64,000 bases of DNA from Candidatus Obscuribacteraceae bacterium (GCA_044226015.1 JBGAHS010000002.1:160001-224000), one strand, 5' to 3'; counted from the stretch's first letter, positions 39,066 to 50,116 are shown. Translations and numbers: made by a program. The notes: generated from the letters alone by a model not told the origin.

Positions 39066-41216
39066 CTACGCCATTGGAGGGGGAGGAGGAGGACTAGATG
39101 GAGGAGGAGAGCTGGGTCCTGAAGATTGATTGGAGTCACGCCCCGATGATTCAGAAAGCAAATCGGACGAGCTGTTTCCCGAAGAGGACGAACCTTCATC
39201 AGAAGGTGCAGAAGCAGCTGCACCAGATGTTCCGCTAACACTCACGCTCGAGTGCGAGGAAGAGCCTCCACCCTGATGACTGCGCATGGAATTGTCGGCG
39301 TGACCGCCACCGCCACCACCGCCGCCACCACCACCGCCACTTGCGCCGCCGCCGCCTTGTTGACCGCCCCCTTCACCCTTGAGGTTGTCTTTTTGATCGC
39401 TCTCCAGTTTCTTGATGTGAGGCTCTGCACTAAAATCAAACGGGGCGAAAGGAACCGCAAGCAGCAGCACCTGGAACGATGCGAACACCATTATTTCCCA
39501 GTCTGATGATGGATAGAAGAAGCCCTCTTCGCGACACCATATAATGTAGGTCGTAAGACAGGCAAGCACTACATTCCACCAGAAGCGCCAGAGGCTAAGC
39601 ACCACAACTGCTTCGAGCCAGTTACTGAATACCTTATTAAACAAGCCCGATTTCGATTTTAGAGATGGCCAGGCAAAAAATGCCGCAGCAAGCGGTCCCA
39701 TCAAATAGAGATAGCACATCATCACAAATTGAAAGGTCCCAAGAATCATCAGACCCTGACAGGCACCCACTTCAAAAGTATTGTAGATGAGCGCCATTTG
39801 CTTACTTAACTGAGGCGTCTTCTCTTCGACGGTTTTGCTTTCCGGTGCAGAATAGGCTTTACCCAACTGCTCACCGGGCGCATCATCTCCTATAAGCTGG
39901 GCAATAAAGGACATGATCGAACTGCTACCACCACCCAAAGAATGCGTAATAGCATCCGTAGAACTCTCACTCTGTGGCGGCTCTGGCTCACGAGCAAGGA
40001 CATTCAAATTCATGTCGCGTTGAGGACCAAAATTTTGCTCAGCAGCATAGCTCATTATCAAATCGTAGTCGACCCACTTCTTAACTTCGCCCGACATACT
40101 GTTGCCCACATCAATCATGTAGCTAACAATCAGCTGAGTAGCTGGAATCAGGAAGACCGCAATGATGGCTCTAACAATTCCTTGAAAGGGTGTGAGTGCG
40201 TCCTCGTCGTTAGAGCCAAGGAAGTTACCGCTCACCATGCCTTTTACCTGGGTCAAAATTGCACCAGGAAGCAAGAACAAAATAGCCATAGGGACGAACA
40301 ATTGACGATAGGCTTTCTGCACCATTCCAATAACCTGCTCTTTCGTTTTGTGAGCAGGACTGCCTGTCACAGCGGCGCCAGCATTTTCATTGGCGATATT
40401 TGGCAGATTCTCTTTTATAGTGCTGTAAGAAGTTGCGGCAAGGAAGTCGGCACTGTTAGCCATGCCGGTAGCAAGTTGTTGTTGCTGTAAAATGCTCGCA
40501 GCGCGTCCTGCCCAGAGCCATCGCTCTGGGTCAAATAGCAACTCCAAAAAACGTTGATTGTCTTCGCGGTCAATCATTTGAAGCTGCGTATCCGAAATAG
40601 GTCCGACACCAAATGTGGTGAGCTCATATTCGAAAATTGACTGGTCGCCCTCTTGTGCCTGTGACTTAGAGTTGTCGAAAACCAGAAGAGGTTGCACGTA
40701 GCAGGTGGGAGAGACTGGCGGCGCCAGAGTGACGGCACCACCCTGACCGCGAGCAACCTGGCTGTAGTTTGGAACAAAATTGCCCTTCATACCGGGCTGA
40801 GGCGCCGGCAAGAAGGCTCCTGGTCCGCCACAGTATGCATAAAGGGGACGGTAGAGAGGTCGCAAAGGGAAGTAAGGATCAGGCTTCTTCGGGTCATCAG
40901 TCTGCATGTTGAGCAGCGGCCCCGCCGGAATCACCATTTCTTCACCAGTAGATGGCAACTGATATTTTGAGTCTTTTGGAGTCTTGGTGGTATCCAGCTT
41001 TCTACCACGCATCTGCTCCGCCATCTTGGCATGCGGGTAACGCTTGAAATAGTCCTGCCGAACCGAGTACATATTGGCAAGATTTGCGTCGTTTGTATCG
41101 GTCGACCCACCTTTTTTCAGGTTAACATCGTCGGCGATAGCCACGGGAGGCAGCAAGAAAGCCACTGCCATCAGCAGCCATAGCAAAACTCTCGGAATCA
41201 GCGGGACTTTACTCAT
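39066..41216 (-). CDS. VirB6/TrbL-like membrane protein with Gly/Ser tail
   Basis: 716 aa; signal peptide; YLYLMGPLAAAFFAWP..FSNWLEAVVVLSLWRFWW pattern; paralog of the adjacent gene. Confidence 0.75.
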   Translation of the reverse strand: MSKVPLIPRVLLWLLMAVAFLLPPVAIADDVNLKKGGSTDTNDANLANMYSVRQDYFKRYPHAKMAEQMRGRKLDTTKTPKDSKYQLPSTGEEMVIPAGPLLNMQTDDPKKPDPYFPLRPLYRPLYAYCGGPGAFLPAPQPGMKGNFVPNYSQVARGQGGAVTLAPPVSPTCYVQPLLVFDNSKSQAQEGDQSIFEYELTTFGVGPISDTQLQMIDREDNQRFLELLFDPERWLWAGRAASILQQQQLATGMANSADFLAATSYSTIKENLPNIANENAGAAVTGSPAHKTKEQVIGMVQKAYRQLFVPMAILFLLPGAILTQVKGMVSGNFLGSNDEDALTPFQGIVRAIIAVFLIPATQLIVSYMIDVGNSMSGEVKKWVDYDLIMSYAAEQNFGPQRDMNLNVLAREPEPPQSESSTDAITHSLGGGSSSIMSFIAQLIGDDAPGEQLGKAYSAPESKTVEEKTPQLSKQMALIYNTFEVGACQGLMILGTFQFVMMCYLYLMGPLAAAFFAWPSLKSKSGLFNKVFSNWLEAVVVLSLWRFWWNVVLACLTTYIIWCREEGFFYPSSDWEIMVFASFQVLLLAVPFAPFDFSAEPHIKKLESDQKDNLKGEGGGQQGGGGASGGGGGGGGGGGGHADNSMRSHQGGGSSSHSSVSVSGTSGAAASAPSDEGSSSSGNSSSDLLSESSGRDSNQSSGPSSPPPSSPPPPPPMA

Positions 41217-41527
41217 TCGCTCTCGCTATTAACCCGGAATAAGCATATCCCAGAGTTCTGAAAATTATTTGAGAGCTTCCGACTATTTTATTAAATAGAA
41301 GAAAATCCGACCCAGTTAATCTGGTGAATTCACACAAAAGAGGCGCATGCCAAAGAAATAGATTGACTAATAGCTGGTTTACTGCTGGCCCATGGGGGGA
41401 GAGCCGACGTGAAACAATTTGCTGAATCGCAGAAATTACTTAAGTTGCCCGACTATCTGCTATCGCAGGACAGTTGCGAGTGTCAGCCCGCACCAACAAA
41501 TCTTTTGCGCCTGCATACAAATAACAA

Positions 41528-43429
41528 TTAGTGGTGAAGAATAATCGGGCGCTTGCCGTCTGAAAGTGAGACCGTCAATTTTTCGTTCCACGGGCGACCA
41601 AAAATCGTGATGGTGCCTGTGACTTCCTGGCTCGGCTGAACAACAGTCGAGTCAAATTCAGCATTAACTGACGCAAGTTTATTGTTGCCTTCCGCAACCG
41701 AAACAGAGTCCGCATCAAAATTGAAGTTATCGGCTCCACCATTTTTGACCACCACGCGCAAAACAGATTTGCGTGGTGTAGTTTTCACTTCTTTCAATTC
41801 AAAGGAAACTGGGCTCATGCTCTGAACGGCTACAGGAGCGGGAGGATCAGGATCAGACTTCGCTGAAGAATCAGGTTTTGCTGCAATTTGAGGCTTATCG
41901 CCCTTATCGTTTTTATCAGCTTTGCCGTTTTTCTTTTTGTCCTTGTCCTTATCTTTGTCCTTATCTTTGTTGTCCTTTTCTTTCTTTTCGTCTTTGCCTT
42001 TTTTCACCGGCGCAGCAGCTGGTGCATCGTCAGGAGCAGAAGCATCAGCAACAACAGCTTGTTTTGGTTTCTTACCAAATCCGAAGACGTTAAAGATACC
42101 GCCCATGCCACCATCATTTCCCTGGGGCTGTGCTTGAGGAATGTCGGCGGCGATAGAGTCAAGACTTGGCGCAACGCCAGACACATTCTTGACTATGGTT
42201 CGAGTAGCCGGGGCTCCGACAATTGTAGCAAGGTCAGTTTGCGAAGACCTCATGTCTTCTTTGCTAGCATCAGCCTCTTGCTGCGTTTGAGCAAGATCAA
42301 CCGTAGCTCTCTGACGCTCTGCTTGTGACTCTGCGCAATCTAATTCTTGCTTACGAGCCTGTACCTGTTGTTGCGTTAGAATAAACTTGTTGTAGGAATA
42401 AAGATAACGATAGTACGCTTGAACAAGGTCTGTCTGCACCTTCTTCACTTGCGGGAAGACTTTCTTGTCGACCTGCGCCATGTTTTTGAACAGGTTATCT
42501 ACCTGTCTTTGCGGCACGGAAAGTGAGCCCTTGCTTGCTTCTCCTGGAAGACCAACTTCCACTTTTGCCAACATTTCAGCAAACTTCGGGTCGCTTGTAA
42601 CACCGGCCAGGCTCGAAGCCAGCGATGCCTTCCATAACATCTTCAACTCGTCACGCTGCTTGAATGGAGAACGAGCCTCCATGCCAGTTGGCGTGATGAT
42701 TTGCATTGGCTCCTTTTTCTTCTTTTTCGGCTCGTCTTCGTCGTCAGAGCTTGTAGTTTTAGGAGCATTCGGGTCGCCAAACAAACTGTTTTTCCTTACC
42801 GGTGCTGCGGGCTGCTCAGGCTGAGCATACGGCTGCTGACCATAAGGATTAGCATAAGGATTGAAACCGGGTGGTGGCATGCCATATGGCATCGGCACAG
42901 CCGACGTAGAAAGCGACACCGCGGGTGGTGGCGGAACAAAACCTGGTGATGGCGTTGTGTAATTTATGCCATAGCTCGCCCCCTGAGGAGGAGCCGGCGG
43001 TGCTGAACTTACAGGCGCAGACCACGACTGTGCCATCTGCTGAGCCTGCGCCATCTGCTGAGCCTGCTGAGCTTGTTGAGCCGCAGCTGAGAAATCGTTA
43101 GGTCCACCCACCGAAGGCAAGTTGGAATAATTTTGCGAACCTACTGAAGGTAAATCGCGCTGCTGATTCTGATTATTAGCTTCCTCGCGAGCACGCATCT
43201 CAGCTTCAGCAGCCTGCCGCTCTGCTTCTATTTTGGCTTCTTCCTCATCGTGAATTTGCCGCATAACAGAAGGGTCAGCCTTCGGACGAAGCTGACCTAT
43301 CACGCTATAAGAGCGTCCCTTATAACTGCTCATATCGGAAGCACTGCCGCTGGTGTCTTTCTGTTCATTACAGGCGGACAGCGGCAGCGACAACGCCGCT
43401 AATAGAACTAGTGAGAGACGCTCTTTCAC
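41528..43429 (-). CDS. Lipoprotein with Pro-rich linker, coiled-coil region and C-terminal beta-sandwich-like domain
   Basis: Lipobox LSAC; 633 aa; AGAAGG RBS before GTG. Confidence 0.8.
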   Translation of the reverse strand: MKERLSLVLLAALSLPLSACNEQKDTSGSASDMSSYKGRSYSVIGQLRPKADPSVMRQIHDEEEAKIEAERQAAEAEMRAREEANNQNQQRDLPSVGSQNYSNLPSVGGPNDFSAAAQQAQQAQQMAQAQQMAQSWSAPVSSAPPAPPQGASYGINYTTPSPGFVPPPPAVSLSTSAVPMPYGMPPPGFNPYANPYGQQPYAQPEQPAAPVRKNSLFGDPNAPKTTSSDDEDEPKKKKKEPMQIITPTGMEARSPFKQRDELKMLWKASLASSLAGVTSDPKFAEMLAKVEVGLPGEASKGSLSVPQRQVDNLFKNMAQVDKKVFPQVKKVQTDLVQAYYRYLYSYNKFILTQQQVQARKQELDCAESQAERQRATVDLAQTQQEADASKEDMRSSQTDLATIVGAPATRTIVKNVSGVAPSLDSIAADIPQAQPQGNDGGMGGIFNVFGFGKKPKQAVVADASAPDDAPAAAPVKKGKDEKKEKDNKDKDKDKDKDKKKNGKADKNDKGDKPQIAAKPDSSAKSDPDPPAPVAVQSMSPVSFELKEVKTTPRKSVLRVVVKNGGADNFNFDADSVSVAEGNNKLASVNAEFDSTVVQPSQEVTGTITIFGRPWNEKLTVSLSDGKRPIILHH

Positions 43430-43441
43430 TTTTCCTTCTGA

Positions 43442-44104
43442 CTACTTGAGTCGGTTCAACAATACACCACGGACGTTTGTATTGGCACCACCTCCGCCAC
43501 CAGAAGAACCTGATGGAGCTTGAGTGTAGTTGCCACCATATGATGCGGCAGGAGTAGCAGTTCTAGCAGGTCCAGACATGCCTCGACTTGGTCCGGCAGC
43601 GGCGCCTGGTCCAGCAGTATGAGCAGTCGGCGTCATGAGCGAACCATGTACACCTGTAGTTTGTCCACCTGGAAGAGTTCCTTTCGGGTGAATTCCACCA
43701 GCTGGAATGTTAGATGGGCTGCGAGTAAAGCCAACCTTGTCTAATGGCAATCCGCCCATCGGCGCGTTGCGATAGCCTGGTCCACCACCGCCGAGTGGCA
43801 TGCCTCCACCTGGCAACAACGGAGAACCGCCGTCACCACCCATGGCACCACCGCCACCGCCTCCGCCTGGTCCACCAAAGCCCTGAGGTCCTGGTGGTAG
43901 CTGAATTTGTTGCGGCATTTCAGGAGCTTCGCGGAAATCTCTCACGACAGGGCGCTCATCAATAATCTGTACTTCGCGAGGCGCGTTGTACCAGGTAGTC
44001 TTAGATCGCGCTTTGACATTGATTGATTGCGCATTAGCGTCTTGAGCCATACATACTGCTGCCAGTATGCCAAGTCCCAGTGCTGCCGATTTGCTTACTT
44101 TCAT
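43442..44104 (-). CDS. Secreted Gly/Pro-rich protein
   Basis: Signal peptide ending ANA; GGAGA RBS. Confidence 0.75.
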   Translation of the reverse strand: MKVSKSAALGLGILAAVCMAQDANAQSINVKARSKTTWYNAPREVQIIDERPVVRDFREAPEMPQQIQLPPGPQGFGGPGGGGGGGAMGGDGGSPLLPGGGMPLGGGGPGYRNAPMGGLPLDKVGFTRSPSNIPAGGIHPKGTLPGGQTTGVHGSLMTPTAHTAGPGAAAGPSRGMSGPARTATPAASYGGNYTQAPSGSSGGGGGANTNVRGVLLNRLK

Positions 44105-44132
44105 GTTCTATCTCCTGATTCCCGGGACCGGC

Positions 44133-45260
44133 TTAGAAACTGATAGGCATGCCAGTTTGCCTGAGCATTTGCCTACCCATTTGCTTACCACGACGCATTG
44201 TACGCTTAGCAAATTGATTGCCTCGCTTGTTTTTGAAGTTACCAGAGGTGTATTCATCATCCGGCAAGGTCAAGTCCTCTGATTGGGTCTGGAACAACCC
44301 TGTAGCAGTTGGTGCTTCTGGAGCTCCTCCAGCGACGGCATCCTGCGAGTCATCAAGGTTTGGAGCCTTGCCCTTAGGACCGCCTTCTCCACCACCTCTA
44401 GATCCTACCATTGTAGGTGCAGTGCCCGCACCTTTTCCTGTACCCCCACTTGTTGTGGTGTCAAAACGGTCGGTTCTCATGATAGGTGGAGGTGTTCGCA
44501 CCTTATAGTAGTTGCTTTTGCTGCTATCTGCAGTATTTGAGGTTGCAGGTGATGTAATGGTTTTTGAGGTAGGACCAGGGTCGCCGCCTCCGAATCCACC
44601 GCCGTTGTCCTCTCCATAGTTGCCGCCACCGCCGCTGCCGCCGTTTCCACCACCGCCGGAGTAATCTCCGCCGCCACCGCCGCCGCCACCGTTACCTCCG
44701 CCGCCACCGCCGCCACCGCCGCGCTGGAATGAACCTGGCTCATAGTGTCCGTAATGTTGGTGCATACCGGTAGATACCGGTCCGCCTCCGCCTCCACCGA
44801 CACTGCCGCCACCGCCGCCTCCACCGCCACCACCAGAGGAGGTGCGCCATGCACCCTTCCCACCGGAAGAGCTGACTCCCATCTGTACTGGCAGGTCGAG
44901 GGCCAAGGGCATAGGAGGAAATCCTGCCGGTGGAATTGGCTCCTCGGCAGCGATTGGCTCGATCGATACATCTGGTCCCGGAGGAGGTGGTGGTGCTAGC
45001 GTATACGATGGCACCATGGTCATCTGCTGTCGCACTTGCTGGGCACGCGCTTCAGGACGATGGTCTTCGCAACCAGTTACGTCGAGGTACCCCTCTGAAC
45101 CGTGTCGTCCCAACTGAGCGGAAGGCTGATACTGGTTGTCTCCAGGCTGATGTACGAACTTACCCATATTTGTTGCTGGCAAGCCCTGTGCAAAAACTGA
45201 CGGCATACAAATCGTAGCTGCCAGCAATAGCGAGAAAACAGACCGACCTTTACTTGTCAT
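44133..45260 (-). CDS. Secreted Gly/Pro-rich protein
   Basis: Signal peptide ending VFA; AGGAGG RBS; poly-Gly tracts. Confidence 0.78.
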   Translation of the reverse strand: MTSKGRSVFSLLLAATICMPSVFAQGLPATNMGKFVHQPGDNQYQPSAQLGRHGSEGYLDVTGCEDHRPEARAQQVRQQMTMVPSYTLAPPPPPGPDVSIEPIAAEEPIPPAGFPPMPLALDLPVQMGVSSSGGKGAWRTSSGGGGGGGGGGSVGGGGGGPVSTGMHQHYGHYEPGSFQRGGGGGGGGGNGGGGGGGGDYSGGGGNGGSGGGGNYGEDNGGGFGGGDPGPTSKTITSPATSNTADSSKSNYYKVRTPPPIMRTDRFDTTTSGGTGKGAGTAPTMVGSRGGGEGGPKGKAPNLDDSQDAVAGGAPEAPTATGLFQTQSEDLTLPDDEYTSGNFKNKRGNQFAKRTMRRGKQMGRQMLRQTGMPISF

Positions 45261-45880
45261 TTAAAGACCCCTCCTGAAAGAGGTAACTGAAAACCGATGG
45301 AATTTGGCTAGTAAGAAACGAACAAAATGCCGAGAATTGGAGGCTCAAAGGTCATTTTTAATTCTTTCGCCAAAACTTGTCAATAGCTTTGCCCCTCGAT
45401 TGTCCTCCGCAGGATGCTAACTACTAGAATTAATCTACCCGAGAGTATCATAATCAAAACTCGATGAAACCTGGGGTTTTACCTGATTTTGATCCAGTAA
45501 AAGTGGAGTCTAAAATCCACAAATCTGCTACAGAACTTTGATTCGATCATCTTCCACTCAACAAGTGATTCCTTTACTACTTACAGGAGGGAAGCAAAAA
45601 TTAGATTGCAAGACAGAAGTCATGAATGCAAATATCTGCAAAACGGGGAATAAAGCGTTAGAGCGGTTACTAGAGGTGGACCGAGAAATCAAGCCCATCT
45701 GCAGATGCAAATTTCCTTTTCAAGAACACTCCTCCAGGGGAGTTATCAGCGTTTTACAAAATGTTTGATGGAAAAAACAGGAAGCGTGGCATTTTGAACT
45801 AATAGCGTTAGACTTGGCACAGAATAAGGTTCTGCTTTGCAAAAGAATTCAGGCAGCGGACAATCCGCGAAATCGTTAAA

Positions 45881-47800
45881 ATGATGAAAAAGCATACGGT
45901 ACAGGAAATGCGGACACAAAAATATCTTCTAGTTGCTTTGAGCTTTTGCTTACTCAGCACAACCTTTCAGAACTCTGCGGATGCCAGGGCGCGAGGCGGT
46001 GGAGGCGGAGGTCGCGGCGTAATGTTGCAGACACCCAACCCGCAAACGCCAGTCGAGCACAACAATAGAGGCGTTGAACTGGGTCAAAAAGGGCTCTGGC
46101 CCGATGCAATTCGCGAGCATGAATTAGCGTTGCAAATGGACCCTCACAACACACAATGGCGAACAAATTTATCAGCCGCTCTACTCGAATATGGAAAGTA
46201 TCTTTCCGCTCATGGCAAGAAATTCGAAGGCGGAGCAATGTACAGAAAGGCGATGATTATCGACCCTGCTAACGCACAAGCTGATGCTGAATTAGACAAC
46301 ATTCTGAAAAGCCTGAGAAGAAACCCTGACGACTACGACTATCGCAAATCGCTTGCTGATGATGCTGACGTTTCAGGGCAGTACGATACGTCAATTGTTG
46401 AGTGGCGAAAATGCATCAAGATTAGAAACGACCCGTATTCTCATGCAAGACTCGGCGCTGTTTTGATCAAAGCCGGAAAAACTGTCGAAGGCTATAAAGA
46501 GCTGCGAACCGCAGTGGGAATGAGCTGGCCAGAAGGACAGGAAAAGGAATTAGCCGATGTCCACCGACAGCTCGGCGACATACTAAAGGATTTCGCGCTT
46601 AAAGCGAAAGATAGAGGAGCCGGCAGCAAGGGAATGCAGCGACTCTACAATGCCGCCGTCGAATATCGACGCGCTGTGACTATTTACCCCGGAAACGGAG
46701 GCGCCATTGAAGGTTTACTTCAATGTGGACAAATGGCACTCGCCATAAGACCGAGCTTTGACAACCATCTATACATGGGCGGTGCCTACGTTCTTGCAGG
46801 TAAATTTCCGAATGCACAGATGGAATACAATGAATGCTACAAGCTCAAACCCAATCGTCCAGAGCTCTCCACTGCGCGTATCGCGTTCCACCAGGCTGTT
46901 GCTCGCAGCGGTAATGCTTCGCAAGAGCAAGTGGCAGACAGCATTGCCAAAATAAAGAAACTCATCGATGACGACCCCGAAAACGCTCGCCTCTGGTACA
47001 TACTCGGACGCTTGAGGGAATCGCAATCTGACTACGAAAAAGCTAAGAAATGCTATGACAAAGCTGCGCAAATCAATCCTCTAATCGACAAAGACCTGAA
47101 GCAGGCTATGGTCAGAATTGGCGCAAGCCCAGCCGAAGTGGCATCAGCAACACCTAATACACCGAAAACACCAGAGCAATCAAAAGAAGCTCTGCAAAAA
47201 GCTATGAAGGAAAAGGCACGTGTCGATCTTGAGCAGATGGTCGAAAACGGCGACAACGACAATGCAATAACGAAGGGACAGGAAGCGTTCACGAAAGATC
47301 CAAAAGATGGTTCTATCGCGGGCATCATCGGTCGCGCGTTTCAAAAGAAAGGCGATGCCAACGCCGCCAAGTCCTGGTATAGAATTGGCGCTGGTCTCGG
47401 AGATAGCAATTCAGCCCGCTTCCTGGAAGAAATTGACGCCGACCGCGTCGCAGAGAAAATGAAAGAAGCCGACGGCTTATTCAAAGATGGAAAATTTATC
47501 GACGCTAAAAGTATCTACCAGGACGTAATAATAATGGCGCCCAAACGAGCAGACGTTCATCGCAAAGTTGGCGACTGCATGAAATCAATGGGCGATGCCG
47601 AAGGTGCCAAGAAAGAGTACGATGATGCAGACAGAATCGAAAAAGGCTTGCCACCACTAGCAGATACGCAAGATGATGATCAGAGCAAGAAAACAATCGC
47701 GGGAAATGACAAGGGAAACAAAGAGCCTGCAAAACCAAAAGAGGATGGTGGATTGAAGGCTGACTCTCTTGAAATGAAACCAATCAAGAAGAAAAAATAG
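45881..47800 (+). CDS. Exported tetratricopeptide repeat protein
   Basis: Signal peptide; TPR units such as HNNRGVEL..G.W..AI.....AL..DP and WYILGRL...DYEKAKKCYDKA. Confidence 0.9.
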   Translation: MMKKHTVQEMRTQKYLLVALSFCLLSTTFQNSADARARGGGGGGRGVMLQTPNPQTPVEHNNRGVELGQKGLWPDAIREHELALQMDPHNTQWRTNLSAALLEYGKYLSAHGKKFEGGAMYRKAMIIDPANAQADAELDNILKSLRRNPDDYDYRKSLADDADVSGQYDTSIVEWRKCIKIRNDPYSHARLGAVLIKAGKTVEGYKELRTAVGMSWPEGQEKELADVHRQLGDILKDFALKAKDRGAGSKGMQRLYNAAVEYRRAVTIYPGNGGAIEGLLQCGQMALAIRPSFDNHLYMGGAYVLAGKFPNAQMEYNECYKLKPNRPELSTARIAFHQAVARSGNASQEQVADSIAKIKKLIDDDPENARLWYILGRLRESQSDYEKAKKCYDKAAQINPLIDKDLKQAMVRIGASPAEVASATPNTPKTPEQSKEALQKAMKEKARVDLEQMVENGDNDNAITKGQEAFTKDPKDGSIAGIIGRAFQKKGDANAAKSWYRIGAGLGDSNSARFLEEIDADRVAEKMKEADGLFKDGKFIDAKSIYQDVIIMAPKRADVHRKVGDCMKSMGDAEGAKKEYDDADRIEKGLPPLADTQDDDQSKKTIAGNDKGNKEPAKPKEDGGLKADSLEMKPIKKKK

Positions 47801-47830
47801 ACTGTAGTAATAGTTCGTCGAGTTCCGAAA

Positions 47831-49615
47831 GTGAAAATTAAAACGCTGCTCTCATTCTCAATTCTCCTATCATCGCTTTTCACAGTGGATGCTAAAGCCG
47901 CTGCCATGGCGGCTGGGGAGACGATGCAAGGCACAGTGGAAAAGGTTGAGAAGACCGAACCGGCATCGGGTGCCTCTATGGACGAAGCGGATAATTTCCT
48001 CACTCAAAACAAATATAAACAAGCAGAAGACGCATATAGAGCGCTTCTGGCAGATGACACCACGGGTGACGCCTACGCCGGGTTGGCGGTTTCACTGGCT
48101 AAACAGGGCACACCTTCAAAGATTCTTGAAGCGGAAAAAATTCTGCGAAAAGCCAAAGGAAATTTCGCCGACAACCCCAACGTAATGGCGGCTGGCGGCT
48201 ACGTTTCTTTTGTGCATTCAAAATCGGTAGCATCACCGGCAAAACGCGATCAATATCTGGAAGCTTCTGAAACTTTGTGTAAGCGTGCCATTCAGGGAAA
48301 CTCCGACATCCTGATTGCACAGCAGACACTGGGGCTTGTAAAAATCGCACAAGACGACCTGGAAGAGGCGATTGAGCCCTTGCGCAAAGCAACACAGATT
48401 GCCGAAAACCCGGTGAATCTGACACTGCTTGCTCAGGCACTTTTGCGCATGGATGCAAAAGAAACAAAAGAACCAGAAGACCTTATCGATAAAGCACTGA
48501 AAATGGATAAGAATTATCATCCTGCGCATTTGCAGAAAGCGATAATTCTGAATCAACAGGGCAAAGCAGAAGACGCTTTCATGGAATTGCATAATATTCC
48601 ACAGCAATATCGTTCCTTCGACTGGTTCCTCACCGAAGGTGACATCTACAGAAAGCAGGGAGATGGTCCTGCGGCTCTGGCATCATGGCGAGAGTCAGTG
48701 AGGCTCGACCCGCACAGCCCTGAGTCCTATAAGCATATGGCTGAGTTTTATGCGATGCGTGGCGACGGCGAACTCGGCATCGCTTCTCTTCATGACGCTC
48801 TGGAAATTCTTCCGAATGATATGGCACTGCGCCAATTGCTGGCGGAGTTGGCTCTAAGGCAAGATAAGCTAGATGTCTCCGAATCAGAATACCGAACAAT
48901 TCTGGCTTCTCAGCCAGACGACCCAGCCGCCTTGCTTGGCTTGTCGCGCGTTTACTTCCGCAAAGCTAGAAAAGAAGGGCAGTACCCGCCGGGCTGGCAA
49001 CAGTTGATGGATCAGCTGCAAAACGTAATTACGGAACATGGAGTGAAGGGCAAGCTTATTCGCGGTGGTGCCGCCAACCTGCAAGACAACATCGAGTTGT
49101 CTGAGGGTGAGAAAGCGCTGGCGCAAAATCGCTTCAAAGAGGCTCGTCAGCACTTCCAAACCGTCATAAATAATAAGAAGGACAGTCCCTACGACCTTCT
49201 AACTCTGGGTGAGCAAGCCTTTTATGATGGCGACCTGGGCTCAGCAGAAGAAGCGTTCAACTTTGCAAAGCAAATCTCAGATGCAGCACCGCGAGCTGAA
49301 CAGGGGCTGAGCAAAATCACATCACAGCGCAGTGAAGCCACAAGACAAACGAAACTTGGCGATGCAACTCGCACCATTCCTGAGGTTGCACTCGATCACT
49401 ACAAGCAAGCTTTGATTGCCGACCCGCAGCACAGCAATGCTTATTACGGACTCTTCTGTTTGTATGGAAAGGCTAAAAAGCCAGACTACGAACAGGCTTT
49501 GAACTATGGCAACTCGTTTTTGGAGTTAGCTCCGGACAGCGATCCGATGAGAAGAGATGTAGAGGACACGCTTGCCCGGTTGAAAGGTAAGTCAGGTAAA
49601 GGAAAGAAAAAATAG
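47831..49615 (+). CDS. Exported tetratricopeptide repeat protein
   Basis: Signal peptide; many TPR units (AQQTLGLV....DLEEAIEPLRKA). Confidence 0.9.
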   Translation: MKIKTLLSFSILLSSLFTVDAKAAAMAAGETMQGTVEKVEKTEPASGASMDEADNFLTQNKYKQAEDAYRALLADDTTGDAYAGLAVSLAKQGTPSKILEAEKILRKAKGNFADNPNVMAAGGYVSFVHSKSVASPAKRDQYLEASETLCKRAIQGNSDILIAQQTLGLVKIAQDDLEEAIEPLRKATQIAENPVNLTLLAQALLRMDAKETKEPEDLIDKALKMDKNYHPAHLQKAIILNQQGKAEDAFMELHNIPQQYRSFDWFLTEGDIYRKQGDGPAALASWRESVRLDPHSPESYKHMAEFYAMRGDGELGIASLHDALEILPNDMALRQLLAELALRQDKLDVSESEYRTILASQPDDPAALLGLSRVYFRKARKEGQYPPGWQQLMDQLQNVITEHGVKGKLIRGGAANLQDNIELSEGEKALAQNRFKEARQHFQTVINNKKDSPYDLLTLGEQAFYDGDLGSAEEAFNFAKQISDAAPRAEQGLSKITSQRSEATRQTKLGDATRTIPEVALDHYKQALIADPQHSNAYYGLFCLYGKAKKPDYEQALNYGNSFLELAPDSDPMRRDVEDTLARLKGKSGKGKKK

Positions 49616-49695
49616 CCTGATAGAAATACTAATTCAGGACTTGACAGTATCGCAGAGCGTAACCAACATAGATTAAGGTCCCTAAGGAGACAGTA

Positions 49696-50100
49696 ATGCC
49701 GCCAGATAGAAAGAAGGAATTTAGAACAATGAACCCACCGCCATCTTCTGGTGACCCAAGTGGCAGAAAGCGAGATATCCGCGACACGGAAGGATACAAA
49801 GCTTCGACCAAGGGCGTGAAGCGGTTCTGGACTAATTACCAAAACATTCTGAAAACCAGCTTTAATGATATGAGTCGCGATGAGCAGGAAGACCTCATCG
49901 ACAAGTTTGCGATGATTGTCACTATCGGCGTTTCTGTTCTCGTAATATTGATTTTTTATCCAATGGTGCCACGTCCTCTTCGAGTGCTCGGTTTGCCTGT
50001 AGCGCTTCTTGTCGCATGGTGGGCAGGACGCAAGGTTGTCGGACCAGTTATTGTGGCGCGCCTCGAGGGTATCCTCAAGAGGGAAGATCGCGAAGATTGA
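49696..50100 (+). CDS. Small membrane protein (two TMs)
   Basis: AAGGAG RBS; two hydrophobic helices. Confidence 0.7.
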   Translation: MPPDRKKEFRTMNPPPSSGDPSGRKRDIRDTEGYKASTKGVKRFWTNYQNILKTSFNDMSRDEQEDLIDKFAMIVTIGVSVLVILIFYPMVPRPLRVLGLPVALLVAWWAGRKVVGPVIVARLEGILKREDRED

Positions 50101-50116
50101 CCAGCACAACAGGGTT

